Shown: positions 21,157 through 32,069 of the stretch, one piece after another
Layout of the letters: every line of letters begins with the position of its first letter
Numbering within the stretch: the first letter of the stretch is position 1
DNA from: Pirellulales bacterium
GTDB lineage: Bacteria; Planctomycetota; Planctomycetia; Pirellulales; PALSA-1355
Assembly (NCBI GenBank): GCA_963733035.1
Contig: CAVTBU010000004.1
Coordinates: 352,001 to 416,000, forward strand
Length of the DNA: 64,000 nucleotides
Direction: 5' to 3'
Translations under genes and position numbers: made by a program
Notes under the pieces: generated by a model
Told to the model about the DNA's origin: nothing
Database searches by the model: none
What the model saw: only the letters and a program-made list of their open reading frames with translations

Positions 21157-23211
21157 ATGCAAGCGCCCGCAGCAAGTCCCCTTGTTACCCGTACGCTGTG
21201 GCGCGACGGCGAAGACCGCGACCCACGGCAACTGGTGACGCGCGAATGGTTGGTTGCCAACGGACTGGGCGGGTATGCGTCTGGCACCATCTCCGGAATT
21301 GCCACTCGCCGTTACCACGGCCTACTGGTTGCCTCGTTTCCCGGTTCGCTTGGGCGGATGATGATGTTCAATCACCTGGTCGAGGTCGCGAAACTTGGCG
21401 ACCGGACAGTCGTTCGGCTGGCCGGCGACGCCGCTACCGGAAAAACTGAATCCTGGTCCGTGCCGCAAACCTTGTCCAGCTTTACGCTGGAAAACGGGCT
21501 GCCGGTTTGGCACTATCGGCTCGGCGAGTCGACGCTCGAAAAACGTTTGATCATGCCGCACGGCGCCAACACCGTCCATGTCCTGTACCGTTTTGTCGGC
21601 GGCAAAGACCCCCTGCGTTTGCTTTTGCAACCTGGACTTCATTTCCGCGGCCACGAGTCACCCGTCGAAGAGTCGGACTTCAGTGCTTACCAAATCCACG
21701 TCATGGGGCAAAGGGTCGAGATCTCAACGAGTGAAGGTATATGCCTGAGGTTGAAACTGCATCACAAGCAACGAGCCCTGGTACTCGATCGGCGCCACTA
21801 CGACGTTGAGTATCCGCTCGAAGCACATCGCGGCTATGCGCACCGCGACCGACTATGGTCGCCCGGGCACTTTCACGTCGACTTGGCACCGGGCGAGCGT
21901 GTCGTGTTGACAGCTTCGACCGAAAGCTGGGAAGCCGTGGAAGCCGTCGGACCGCACGAGGCTTGTGAAGCGGAGGTGCGGCGGCGCGGGCGGCTTGTCG
22001 AGCAGGCGGCGCCGGAGGCCCGCTCGGATTTCGGTGCTGAGCTCGTCCTTGCGGCCGACCAGTTCATTGTTGCACGCGGTCCTCGCAATGCAGACGAGGC
22101 CAGATCGACTGTCGCGGGCTACCACTGGTTCACGGAGTGGGGCCGTGACACGATGATCAGTCTCGAAGGGCTGACCCTGGCGACCGGGCGGCATGAAGAT
22201 GCACGCCTCATTTTGGGTACATTTGGACGACACATCCGTGACGGCTTGATTCCCAACTTATTTCCGGACGGCGCACAAGCCGGACTTTATCATACTGCTG
22301 ACGCCACACTCTGGTACTTTCATGCGCTCGATCGGTACCTCGCCTACACCGGTGACGTGGACACGCTCCGCGACTTACTCCCTAAATTCCAGAACATTGT
22401 GGACCATCATCTGGTGGGAACACACTTTGGCATCGGTGTTGATCCCGCAGACGGTCTGCTAAGGCAAGGTGCCCCCGGCTATCAGCTCACTTGGATGGAT
22501 GCGAAGGTCGGCGATTGGGTCGTCACGCCGCGGCGCGGTAAGGCGGTCGAAATCAATGCCCTGTGGTACAACGCCCTGCGATTGCTGGAAGGTTGGTATC
22601 AGTCGCAAGATCAAAATCAAGCCGCGGCAAACATTGCCGAACATGCCGCGCAGGCGCGCGAATCGTTTAATGCCCGCTTTTGGTGCCGGGAGCGGGGATG
22701 GCTTTACGACGTCGTCGACGGTGAAGGGCCCGACGACGCGTCGCTCCGGCCCAACCAACTACTGGCGATTTCCTTGCCGCATCCGGTTTTGGACCAGGGC
22801 CACTGGTCGGCGGTTCTGGAAATCGCCAGGCAGAAGCTGCTTTCACCGGTCGGTCTCAGATCGCTGGGGCCCGCTGAACGGGACTACAAATCGCGCTATT
22901 CGGGCGATCTGCGGGCGCACGACGCGGCCTATCACCAGGGAACCATCTGGGCGTGGTTGATCGGACCTTTCATTGACGCCTGGCTTCGCGTCCACCCTGA
23001 CCAAATTACCTCTGCGCGACGGTTCCTTGAAGGCTTTGAGCCGCACCTCGATGAACACGGCACCGGCACGATCAGCGAAATCTTCGACGCCGACCCGCCT
23101 TTCACGCCTCGCGGATGCATCGCGCAGGCCTGGAGCGTCGCGGAGGTCCTGCGGTGCTGGATCAAGACCGCAGCCAGGACGGACTCGACGCCGAAAAACG
23201 CGCAGTCGTAA
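21157..23211 (+). CDS. Amylo-alpha-1,6-glucosidase (glycogen debranching enzyme, GDE_N + GDE_C)
   Basis: EWLVANGLGGYASG, RRYHGLL, AGYHWFTEWGRDTMISL, TWMDAK, TPRRGKAVEINALWYN, YHQGTIWAW and GCIAQAWS motifs. Confidence 0.92.
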   Translation: MQAPAASPLVTRTLWRDGEDRDPRQLVTREWLVANGLGGYASGTISGIATRRYHGLLVASFPGSLGRMMMFNHLVEVAKLGDRTVVRLAGDAATGKTESWSVPQTLSSFTLENGLPVWHYRLGESTLEKRLIMPHGANTVHVLYRFVGGKDPLRLLLQPGLHFRGHESPVEESDFSAYQIHVMGQRVEISTSEGICLRLKLHHKQRALVLDRRHYDVEYPLEAHRGYAHRDRLWSPGHFHVDLAPGERVVLTASTESWEAVEAVGPHEACEAEVRRRGRLVEQAAPEARSDFGAELVLAADQFIVARGPRNADEARSTVAGYHWFTEWGRDTMISLEGLTLATGRHEDARLILGTFGRHIRDGLIPNLFPDGAQAGLYHTADATLWYFHALDRYLAYTGDVDTLRDLLPKFQNIVDHHLVGTHFGIGVDPADGLLRQGAPGYQLTWMDAKVGDWVVTPRRGKAVEINALWYNALRLLEGWYQSQDQNQAAANIAEHAAQARESFNARFWCRERGWLYDVVDGEGPDDASLRPNQLLAISLPHPVLDQGHWSAVLEIARQKLLSPVGLRSLGPAERDYKSRYSGDLRAHDAAYHQGTIWAWLIGPFIDAWLRVHPDQITSARRFLEGFEPHLDEHGTGTISEIFDADPPFTPRGCIAQAWSVAEVLRCWIKTAARTDSTPKNAQS

Positions 23212-23763
23212 TTACGCCGTCGCCGCGGCGACTCGTCCTGACTCGCGACGTTGCCCGCGGCACCGCTCCCTGGTTCTTAGTAGAGCCAATTCGGCGTCAC
23301 GCGCCAGCGACATTGGGCTGACCCCCGTGGACGGTCGGGCCGTTGCCAGTCCCACCGAGATCGTAACCGTGCGTCCGATTGGCGACCGCGGATGGGGAAT
23401 CACCAACGCCTCGGCCTGGAAGCAAATCTCAGACGCGACCCATTCGGCTTCGAGTGCGCCGGTTTCGGGCAAAATAACTGCAAACAAGCCGGCGCCCCAG
23501 GCGAATGCCACCGCGCCCGGCTGGCGGGCATTTTCCACGATCGCCGCGGCAACGGCATCAAGGCAATCGTCGCTGGCAGCGATGTCGCAGGCAGCCTGAT
23601 ACTGCTGAAAGAAGTCAATCTCCACTAGCAGCAGCGAGAGTGGGCTTCCACTTCGCTCATGAAACTTCCAATGTCGTTCCAGGGCAATGCCGAAATCCTC
23701 ACGGCAACCAATGCCCGCGAGCCCTCCGGCTATGGCAATCGTTTCCATCAGCGCGCTGTCCAT
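23212..23763 (-). CDS. Stand-alone degenerate GGDEF-domain protein
   Basis: GGAGGA RBS and ATG at 23763. GGDEF-fold cues are SLLLVEIDFF, FAVILPET and VTISVGLA, but AWGAGLF replaces RYGGEEF. Confidence 0.75.
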   Translation of the reverse strand: MDSALMETIAIAGGLAGIGCREDFGIALERHWKFHERSGSPLSLLLVEIDFFQQYQAACDIAASDDCLDAVAAAIVENARQPGAVAFAWGAGLFAVILPETGALEAEWVASEICFQAEALVIPHPRSPIGRTVTISVGLATARPSTGVSPMSLARDAELALLRTRERCRGQRRESGRVAAATA

Positions 23764-23927
23764 GATGTTTTCCTCCCAAAAAAGATTCCGTTTGTCCCCC
23801 GGAGCCAGGGGAGCCCCAAGCAAAACGTAGCTTTCCGCGTCGGGTCGGCTGACGACGAAACGCGGAAAATCGGCCGTCTCAAGCCGGAAAACTCGCGCCA
23901 ACCGCCACGATCGGCATCAGCCGCCCC

Positions 23928-23953
23928 GCCCGCGGACCCTGCGGTCCGCGGGC
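23928..23953 (-). terminator. GC-rich hairpin downstream of the peroxidase gene (possible terminator or processing stem)
   Basis: GCCCGCGGACC-CTGC-GGTCCGCGGGC forms an 11-bp perfect stem. There is no clear U-tract. Confidence 0.35.
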
Positions 23954-23990
23954 CGGACGTTGCTATTTACACGAGCCGCTCTGCGAGACG

Positions 23991-26062
23991 TTACCGGCGC
24001 CGGTGACCAGTGGGTAACGCGCCCAGCAGATTCATATCCATCTGCTGCATCTGCCTGCTGACCTGGTCGAGGGCCATCGCATGCACCGGATCATGCCCAC
24101 GGTGTGGTCGCGCGGCGCCCTCAGGCTGGCGCCGAAATCGATCGAGGCAAACTCCTCGGCGCGCGTCAGGTCAACGTGCCGCACCATAGGCGTCGTCGCA
24201 CTCGCACCTCTTGGCAGCGACACGCGAACCTGGTATGTGCCCAACTCCAAGTCTTCAAATGCATAGCTTCCATCTCCTGCCGTCAGTGCCGACGCGATAA
24301 CGTTCCCATCGCTGTCGATGAGTTCCACGGTAGCGCCGGCCAGACCGCGCTCGTTTCGTCCCGGCCGATGGTTGACGTCGCCGTCGACAAACACCCGACC
24401 CTCGACGGAATTGAAAAATGCAAATACATCCGACTGCAAGTTCGTGATCGTGGTGTTATTGCGAATCACGTCGGCCAGGGTCGTACCTTGCACGCGTGCC
24501 AGATCGGGCCCGGAAAGGTCGCGCTGGTACCAGAATCGATCCCCGTCGCGCAGGCGCTGGAACTGATCGACGAGAATCCGTTGAAACAAGGGTCCCACGC
24601 TCGCTCCGCGCAGGTGGTCCTCGGCCAGGCCTCCCACCCAAAGATCGATGTTATTGACATCGCCTTGATAGGCTTCAGCCAACGCCTCTTGAAGCGCCGG
24701 ATCACTCGTGATCTCCGCGAAAGAAGTGACGGGCGACAGGCCATACGCCACGCGCGTGGCATTGTAGCTGGCCAACCCGTGGTCGCGTCCGCGCTGAATG
24801 TTCAGCGATGCCAGATCAAAGCCCCCGGCACCTGGTTCTCCGAATAGGAAATTTCGCAATTCGTCGACAACTTGATTGTCGATCTCCTGTGATGGATCCG
24901 ATGCCAAATACTTGAGAATCGGATCAATGCCGGTCTGCGCAACCAGCGCCGGATTGAAGAGGGCATCTCGCAGGGGAACCGCATCGTGCACTTCCTGGTC
25001 GTTATTGTCGAGAAACTCCACGTCGTTGCCGAGCATGCTGTGCCCCAACCGAAACGCCGCCGTGGAGAATTCATTGGCAATACCCGGATTCACGGTCGGA
25101 TCGTACCCGTGGTACGGAGACAAAGCATGATCTCCCAACAACGCGGGCAAGAACTCGTTGTAGGTGATCGCCTGGATTTCACCGACAACGAGCCGACGCG
25201 CTTGCTGATACAGTTGTTCATCGTTCCAATCGGGATGCTGCCCGGCCAATTTATCGGCCAGGCGATTATGCTCGCGCATGAACAGCGTCTGCATCGCGGT
25301 AAGCTCAATATTCTCGTTCGCGCGCACGTCGCCCGCCAGAAACAGCGACTCCGTTGGCAACCCAGTGGAATTATCGTTGGACAATCCATCCGTATTGTAC
25401 GGCAGCAGATTGCCTGCACTGGTTTTGAGGTGCCCGCCACTAAAGGTACGCAGTTCCGCGGCACGCGTTTCATCAGAACCGTAGATCTGGGAGCCGTCGA
25501 TGAACGCCGTAATGCGGTTTATTTGTTGCCGGGGATTGTCAGTTGACGTTCCGGTGGCCGGATCGTAGGAACTGCGATACATATCGATGGTGGCCGTCCC
25601 CGACCCTTGCGGGTCGAAGTACGCATCGCCCGTGGGTACGGCAATTGGCATTGGCTCGGCTGGATCGAATGTCGCATCCGTCAGGTCAATGCCATGGTCG
25701 ACGAACTGTCCCCATGCATAGACCATCGCCGAAAGATTCCGGTCGTTTACTATGTCTTCGGCGGTTTGCGACGCCAAAAGATTGCTGATTTCGCGAGCAC
25801 TGGCGCGATCTTCGCCGCCGGGGCTCGAAATGCCGTCGCCATAGTCGGCGGCAGCGGTACGCAACAGTTGCACGTCCGTGCTGCCCCAATCGGGATTCGC
25901 CAGGTTGTTGTCGACTCCCGTAATCGTGCGAACATCGGCCGCCAGCAGGTTGCGATGTTCGAGCGGTTCGAGGTGGAAAGAACGTAGTCGGCGACGCGGC
26001 GGTGCGGCCGTACCACGAAACAAGTCGCTGAGAGAACGATGCCAGACAAGGTGCGCGCGCAT
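23991..26062 (-). CDS. Animal-type heme peroxidase (peroxidase-cyclooxygenase superfamily) with planctomycete extracellular motif and SdrD B-like domain; probable frameshift near 24110
   Basis: RRRLRSFHLEPLEHRNLLA N-terminal motif, WGQFVDH, GDVRANE, AFRLGHS and NIQRGRDHG. The C-terminus has a GRVFVD...GLAGATVEL...GSYAF domain. The ORF track stops at 24032, but a shifted frame gives a more natural tail ending TGHRRR* at 23991. Confidence 0.85.
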
Positions 26063-26303
26063 GGTGATGCCTCCTCAAACGAACGGGGGAAAATGCCTCT
26101 GTTCCGACAGCAGAAAGGAAGCCGAGAGGAGGGAAGATGTGTGCCGCGCCTCGAGTGCCGGTTTTCGAGCGCAGTGCCTCTTCTCGTTGCCACCTCGACC
26201 CTAGTTCGCGCACCGAGAGCTGTACACCACCAAGGTTAGGTATCTCTTATCCGATGGCACCGAGCACGGAGTTACGATCGTGAACTACCGACCGTTCAGA
26301 CGC

Positions 26304-28202
26304 TCAGGAAACGGACGCTCGGCTGGCGGCTTTGACACGAGCCGAGCCATAAAGCAAACGCAGATACGCGCTGGCCACGTCCGTACGACGAACCATGCCC
26401 AACACCCGCTTGTCTTGCAGATTATTGACCACGGGCAACGCCTGCAGTTCGCTCTCGACGAACGACTCGTAGACTCGTTCGAGCGAGTCCTCTGGGACAA
26501 TCGGCGTGAATTCGGTTCGCATCAGGTCCGCGGCCAGCAACAGCGGGCGCAATGCCGGCGTGTGCGAAACAAGATAAACCTCTTCCAAGTCGACGATGCC
26601 GATCAGCCGCTGGTTGTCGTCAACCACTGGCATCACGGCAATCGTGGCATCGTCAAACTGACTAAGGACTTCAGACAGCGTGTCGCCGGGCCTGAGAATG
26701 TGATGATCCTTGGTGTTCATGAACCTGGCCACGGTAACGCCGGCAAGCGCTTGACGAACAAAGGCTCCCTGGTGGGCTGGCGAACGGCTTCGAGTTTCCA
26801 CCTGCTGACTGTAGATCGACTGACGGTCGGACAACATGAATGCCAGGGTACAGGCCCACAGGGCGGGCAACAGCAGCGTGTAACCGCCGGTCATTTCGCT
26901 GACCATGATCAGCGTTGAGAAGGGCGTCTTGGCGGCCGCCGCAAAGAAGCCCGCCATGCCGACCAGCGCAAAGCTGCTCGGATGAGGAACCAGCTCCGGC
27001 CAGACATCGTGCAACGCCAAGCCCAAAGCCCCACCCGCGCACGCACCGATCACCATCGACGGCCCGAACACGCCACCCGAACCGCCACTGCCAATGGTCA
27101 GACTCGTGGTGAGCAATTTTCCCACGGCAATCGCGAGCAGCAGTCCGACGCCCATGGTTTCCGGCTCGATCAAAACGCCTTGTACGGCCGCATATCCAAA
27201 AGCCATCACGGATAGGGCCGATTGGGAATTAAACCAGTAGTAGAGTCCCACAGCCAACAGACCGGTCAGACAAGCACCGATGGCCGGGCGAAAGTGATGG
27301 GGAATTGGCAAGCGCCGGAACAGCGCCGTTAGTCCGTAGAACGTCCTCGTATAAACCATTGCCAGCGGCACCATCGCCAGCGCCAGCAGCGTATAAGCAA
27401 CAAGCTGCCACGGATTTCCGAAGTGCAACTCCGGCAACGTGAACAACGGAGTCCAGCCAAAAATCGCGCCGAACGTGCTATAGGCAATCACGCTTGCCAG
27501 CGCGGCAGGCAGAATCACCTCCGGTTCGAACTCGGGCGAAGCGTACAACACTTCGGCGGCGAACAGCGCCCCGGCCACCGGAGCGCGGAAAATCGCGCCA
27601 ATGCCCGCGCCCATGCCCGCAGCCAACAGAATTCGGCGCTCGGCCGAGCGCAATCGCAGCATTCCGGCCAAGGCAGAGCCAAAACCGGCACCGATTTGCG
27701 CAATGGGGCCCTCGCGGCCGCCGGATCCCCCCGAACCGATTGTCAGCGCGCTGGCGATGATTTTGACGACCGGCACTTGCGGTCGCATGTAGCCCTGGTG
27801 CTGATGATAGGCGGCGATGACCGAGTCCGTGCCGTGCCCCTCGGCCTCTGGCGCAAACGTATAAATGACGAATCCAGCCAAGAGGCCGCCAACCGTCGGT
27901 ACGAGAACCAACATCCACGGGTTGAAGGGATGATCGGTCGGCGGCATCCAACTGAATTTGATTTCGCCCCCGGGATGCGGCTCCGGCCGATACCCGGCCA
28001 GACCATCGAGGGCATAGTAGGCGGCCGCCTCGGTGACGACGTAGAAGACAACCGCGGCCAGGCCGGCCACGACGCCAACCACAACCGACAATCCTAGAAT
28101 TCGCACCTGCCCGCGGATGCGTTTCTGACCAAAGATTAGGAATTCCGGCCACCAACTCCGGGCCGAATGCTCAGAACTGGGCGGTAGTTTTTGCTCGCTC
28201 AT
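26304..28202 (-). CDS. ClC-family chloride channel/H+ antiporter with C-terminal CBS pair
   Basis: GHGTD, GSGGREGP (gating Glu) and GGVFGP motifs, many TM helices, and CBS domains (MPVVD, LPVVN). ATG at 28202. Confidence 0.92.
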   Translation of the reverse strand: MSEQKLPPSSEHSARSWWPEFLIFGQKRIRGQVRILGLSVVVGVVAGLAAVVFYVVTEAAAYYALDGLAGYRPEPHPGGEIKFSWMPPTDHPFNPWMLVLVPTVGGLLAGFVIYTFAPEAEGHGTDSVIAAYHQHQGYMRPQVPVVKIIASALTIGSGGSGGREGPIAQIGAGFGSALAGMLRLRSAERRILLAAGMGAGIGAIFRAPVAGALFAAEVLYASPEFEPEVILPAALASVIAYSTFGAIFGWTPLFTLPELHFGNPWQLVAYTLLALAMVPLAMVYTRTFYGLTALFRRLPIPHHFRPAIGACLTGLLAVGLYYWFNSQSALSVMAFGYAAVQGVLIEPETMGVGLLLAIAVGKLLTTSLTIGSGGSGGVFGPSMVIGACAGGALGLALHDVWPELVPHPSSFALVGMAGFFAAAAKTPFSTLIMVSEMTGGYTLLLPALWACTLAFMLSDRQSIYSQQVETRSRSPAHQGAFVRQALAGVTVARFMNTKDHHILRPGDTLSEVLSQFDDATIAVMPVVDDNQRLIGIVDLEEVYLVSHTPALRPLLLAADLMRTEFTPIVPEDSLERVYESFVESELQALPVVNNLQDKRVLGMVRRTDVASAYLRLLYGSARVKAASRASVS

Positions 28203-28602
28203 TAGGCCCTCTACGGTACCCGATGGGCCTATTGTTGTCGACTGCCACTTACAACGTGCGCCTGCCATGAGTCGTTCAACGATCCGCAGGTCGTTTCCGA
28301 CACCTTGACCAGTGGCTTCCGGTGCGCTGCTTTTCGTTGAAAAAACCGACGACGCGTTTTGGTACGCCGCTCAGAAGGCCCGGTGACGTGACGACGATCT
28401 TCAGCAGCCGTCGCGAAGCCGCCTGCAGGGAACCAACCCCGGCGCCGCGGTGCTTGACCTGCGAGCGTATGGCCAGGTCCAAGCTAGCAGCATTACTGCG
28501 ACCAACTTTGTCGACCAGGGCGGCAGCAACTTACTCTTTCATTGATGCGCAAATCGTAGCCACGGGCGGCGTCGCCGTGGACGTATCCCCGATCAACGCA
28601 AG

Positions 28603-31600
28603 TCAACGCGAATCGGCGTGGGTGGGACTGTCGCCGGCCTCAACCGACACATGGGGACCACCCTCTGTGAGTTTCTTGCCATTAAGCCGACCGGCGACCC
28701 TGCGCTTGCCAAGCGGACGCGGAACCTTGCGCAACCAGCCGCGAACTTTCTCGCGGCGTTGTTTCCTTCCGCGCCACAGGTCGTTACACCACTCGATGAC
28801 GTAGTAGAAAACGGGCGTCAGAAAAACCCCAAACAACGTAACTCCCAACATGCCGCCAAACACGGCAGTGCCCAACGTGCGCCGCATTTCAGCACCGGCC
28901 CCGACCGAAATCACGAGCGGTACCACGCCGAGAATAAACGCGAACGATGTCATCACGATTGGCCTGAGTCGCAGATTCACCGCTTCGAGCGTCGCTTCGT
29001 AACGTCCTTTGCCGGCCAGCCGTTGTGCTCGGGCAAATTCCACCACCAAGATCGCGTTTTTGCAAGCCAGGCCGATCAGCACCACGAAGCCAACCTGGGT
29101 GAAAATGTTGATGTCCATTTTCGACCACTGCACTGCCATGATCGAACACAACAGACACATTGGCACGACGAGAATCACCGCCAGCGGCAACGACCAACTT
29201 TCATATTGCGCGGCAAGGACCAGGAACACCAACACGACGGCCAGCAGCAACACGAGCATCGCCGTGTTGCCGGTTTGCAACTGTAATAGCGCCAGCTCGG
29301 TCCACTCGTAGCGCATCGACCAGCCGAGCGAGTCGTCGACCAGCTTTTCCATCTCCTCGATGGCCTGCCCCGAACTTACTCCCGGGGCCGGGTTGTAGAT
29401 GATCGGCGCCGAGGGATACATGTTGTACCGTGCGATCAACACTGGACCCGTGATGTCTCGCACCGTTGCCAGCGTGCCAAAAGGAACCATTCGCCCGTGC
29501 TCGTTGCGCACTTTGAGTTGTTTGAGGTCTTCGATTCTCCGGCGAAAATCCTGGTCGGCCTGTACGTTCACCTGCCAGGTACGGCCGAAAAGGTTGAAGT
29601 CGTTCACGTAGAGCGAGCCGAGATAGACCTGCAATGTGGTAAACAACTCCGACATCGAGATCCCCATCCGCTTGGCGGCCGTACGATCGATGTCCAGGTA
29701 TAGCCAGGGAGTTTCCGCCCGGAAGCTGGTAAACGCGTCTTCGATCGACGGATCACGCTCGGCCGAGACGACAATTTGATCGGCCACGTCCTGCAAGACG
29801 TTCAGCCCCGCGGCTCCCCGGTCTTCGATCATGACCTTGAATCCGCCTGTTGTACCCAGCCCATCCAGGGGCGGTGCGCCGAGTACGTTTACGATTCCGT
29901 CGCGAATCTCATGCTGCAGGGTTCGCTGCAAACGGGTGGCAATCGCCGAGCTCGACATTTCGACGCCGCGTCGTTCGTGAAAATCGTCGAGCATCACATA
30001 CATCGCCCCAAAGTTTGGAGCGTTGGCCGACAGCGAGATCGATTGCCCTGATATCGCCACCGTGTGGCGAATGCCGGGGGATTTGAGCGCCAGCTCTTCA
30101 ATCTTCGCCATCACGTCCTCGGTGCGGCCCACCGAAGCCGAGTCTGGCAGTTGCAGATTCACGAGCAGATAACCTTTGTCCTGATCGGGAATAAATCCTT
30201 TGGGCGTCTCGTTGAACCGCACGTAGGTCATGTACAACAGTCCGCCGTACCCGACCAAGACCAGCAAGCTCACGCGTAGCAGGCGTCCAACCGACCAGGT
30301 GTAGACATTGGCCGTAAAATCGAAGGCCAAGTTGAAACTGCGGAACAACAGCCACAAGATACGGTTAAGCGGCCAGGCCAGCAGCGCACCGAGAATAGCT
30401 CCCGAGGCCGCGCCCACCCACGGGTGCGACTCGGCTGCAAAGCCGGCGAGCCAGTTTCCATCCCGCAGCCATGGTGTCAGAAAGACCCAACCCAGCCAAC
30501 CGCCGGCCACGACAAAGGCCAACCACGGCAACGGCGCGGCACGCTGCTTGTCCCGTTCACGCAATAGCAGCGCCGTGAGCGCCGGGCTCAGCGTGAGCGA
30601 GTTGAACGTCGAAATCAACATCGAGACGGCAATCGTCAACGCGAACTGCCGAAAGAACTGTCCCATGATGCCGCTGATAAACGCGCAGGGTACAAACACG
30701 GCGCTCAGCACGAGGCCGACAGCGATCACCGGTCCGGAAACCTGCTCCATCGCTTTAATCGTGGCCTCGCGCGGCGCTAGCCCACGTTCGATGTGATGTT
30801 CGACGGCCTCGACCACCACGATCGCATCATCGACGACGATGCCGATCGCCAGCACCAGGCCAAACAACGTGAGATTGTTGAGGCTGAATCCCATGGTGGC
30901 CATCACGGCAAATGTGCCAATGATCGCCACCGGAACGGCAATCAAAGGAATGATGGCGCTGCGCCAATTCTGCAGAAACACGAGCACCACGACAGCGACC
31001 AGGATCACCGCGTCGCGCAGCCCCTTGAAAACCTCGCTGATCGATTCATTGATGAACGGCGTGGTATCGTACACGATGGCGTAGTCGATTCCCTCGGGGA
31101 ACCGCGTTTTCAGATCTTCCATCTTGGACCGCACGAGGCCAGCAACATCCAATGCGTTCGAGCCGGGGAGCTGATAAATCGACAGAGCGACCGACGGTTG
31201 GCCGTCGAGTCGGCAGGCCTGATCATAGCCCTGGGCCCCGAGTTCGATCCGGGCCACGTCCTTCAGTCGCACCAGACCGCCGTTGGGCTCGCGCTTCAGA
31301 ATCATTTCAGCGAACTCGTCCGGGTCGGCCAGACGTCCCATCGTACTGATGGTGAACTGGAATACCTGCCCGTTGTCGACGGGCGGCTGACCGATTTGCC
31401 CGGCGGCGACCTGCGTGTTCTGCTGCTGGATCGCCTGCACGACATCGCTGGCAGCGAGATTGCGCGAGGCCATGCGTTCTGGATCGAGCCACAGTCGCAT
31501 ACTGTAGTCGCGCTGTCCCAAGTACGTGATGTCGCCCACGCCTTGAAGTCGCGAAAGTTCGTCTTTGAGCTGAATCGTGGCATAATTGCTCAGGTACAGA

Positions 31601-32055
31601 TTGTCTCGCTTGCCCGCCGGCGAGAAGAGATTGACGATCATCAGCACGCTGGGCGACTTCTTCTTGACGGTCACCCCGCGCCGCTGGACGAGTTCGGGCA
31701 AGACCGGCTGCGCCAGCGCCACGCGATTCTGCACGAGCACCTGAGCCATGTTCAGATCCACGTCGTTGCTGAACGTCACGGTGAGCGTATAGCTGCCGTC
31801 ATTGCCGCATTGCGACGACATATAGAGCATCGCTTCGACACCGTTCACTTGCTGTTCGATCGGGGCGGCAACGGTGTCGGCAACCACCTTGGCGTTGGCG
31901 CCGGGATAAACGGCCGAAACCTCCACGGTGGGCGGCGCGATCTGCGGATACTGGGCAATCGGCAGCGTAAACAGCGCAATCCCGCCGGCCAGCGTGACGA
32001 TGATCGACAACACCGCGGCAAAGATCGGTCGATCGATGAAGAACCTGGAAAACAC
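28603..32055 (-). CDS. RND efflux permease (AcrB/HAE1-like), copy 2
   Basis: FFIDRPIFA, GIVVDDAIVVVE, AAQYESW, GLACKNAIL and RLRPIVMTS motifs. Confidence 0.95.
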   Translation of the reverse strand: MFSRFFIDRPIFAAVLSIIVTLAGGIALFTLPIAQYPQIAPPTVEVSAVYPGANAKVVADTVAAPIEQQVNGVEAMLYMSSQCGNDGSYTLTVTFSNDVDLNMAQVLVQNRVALAQPVLPELVQRRGVTVKKKSPSVLMIVNLFSPAGKRDNLYLSNYATIQLKDELSRLQGVGDITYLGQRDYSMRLWLDPERMASRNLAASDVVQAIQQQNTQVAAGQIGQPPVDNGQVFQFTISTMGRLADPDEFAEMILKREPNGGLVRLKDVARIELGAQGYDQACRLDGQPSVALSIYQLPGSNALDVAGLVRSKMEDLKTRFPEGIDYAIVYDTTPFINESISEVFKGLRDAVILVAVVVLVFLQNWRSAIIPLIAVPVAIIGTFAVMATMGFSLNNLTLFGLVLAIGIVVDDAIVVVEAVEHHIERGLAPREATIKAMEQVSGPVIAVGLVLSAVFVPCAFISGIMGQFFRQFALTIAVSMLISTFNSLTLSPALTALLLRERDKQRAAPLPWLAFVVAGGWLGWVFLTPWLRDGNWLAGFAAESHPWVGAASGAILGALLAWPLNRILWLLFRSFNLAFDFTANVYTWSVGRLLRVSLLVLVGYGGLLYMTYVRFNETPKGFIPDQDKGYLLVNLQLPDSASVGRTEDVMAKIEELALKSPGIRHTVAISGQSISLSANAPNFGAMYVMLDDFHERRGVEMSSSAIATRLQRTLQHEIRDGIVNVLGAPPLDGLGTTGGFKVMIEDRGAAGLNVLQDVADQIVVSAERDPSIEDAFTSFRAETPWLYLDIDRTAAKRMGISMSELFTTLQVYLGSLYVNDFNLFGRTWQVNVQADQDFRRRIEDLKQLKVRNEHGRMVPFGTLATVRDITGPVLIARYNMYPSAPIIYNPAPGVSSGQAIEEMEKLVDDSLGWSMRYEWTELALLQLQTGNTAMLVLLLAVVLVFLVLAAQYESWSLPLAVILVVPMCLLCSIMAVQWSKMDINIFTQVGFVVLIGLACKNAILVVEFARAQRLAGKGRYEATLEAVNLRLRPIVMTSFAFILGVVPLVISVGAGAEMRRTLGTAVFGGMLGVTLFGVFLTPVFYYVIEWCNDLWRGRKQRREKVRGWLRKVPRPLGKRRVAGRLNGKKLTEGGPHVSVEAGDSPTHADSR

Positions 32056-32069
32056 TCGCTACCCTTTTC

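Noticed and set aside
23764..23927. c-di-GMP-I riboswitch upstream of the GGDEF gene (GACGCGGAAAGCTAC on the minus strand)
   Set aside because: It lacks the GGCAAA/GNRA-tetraloop arrangement and only a generic stem is visible. An Rfam scan would settle it.
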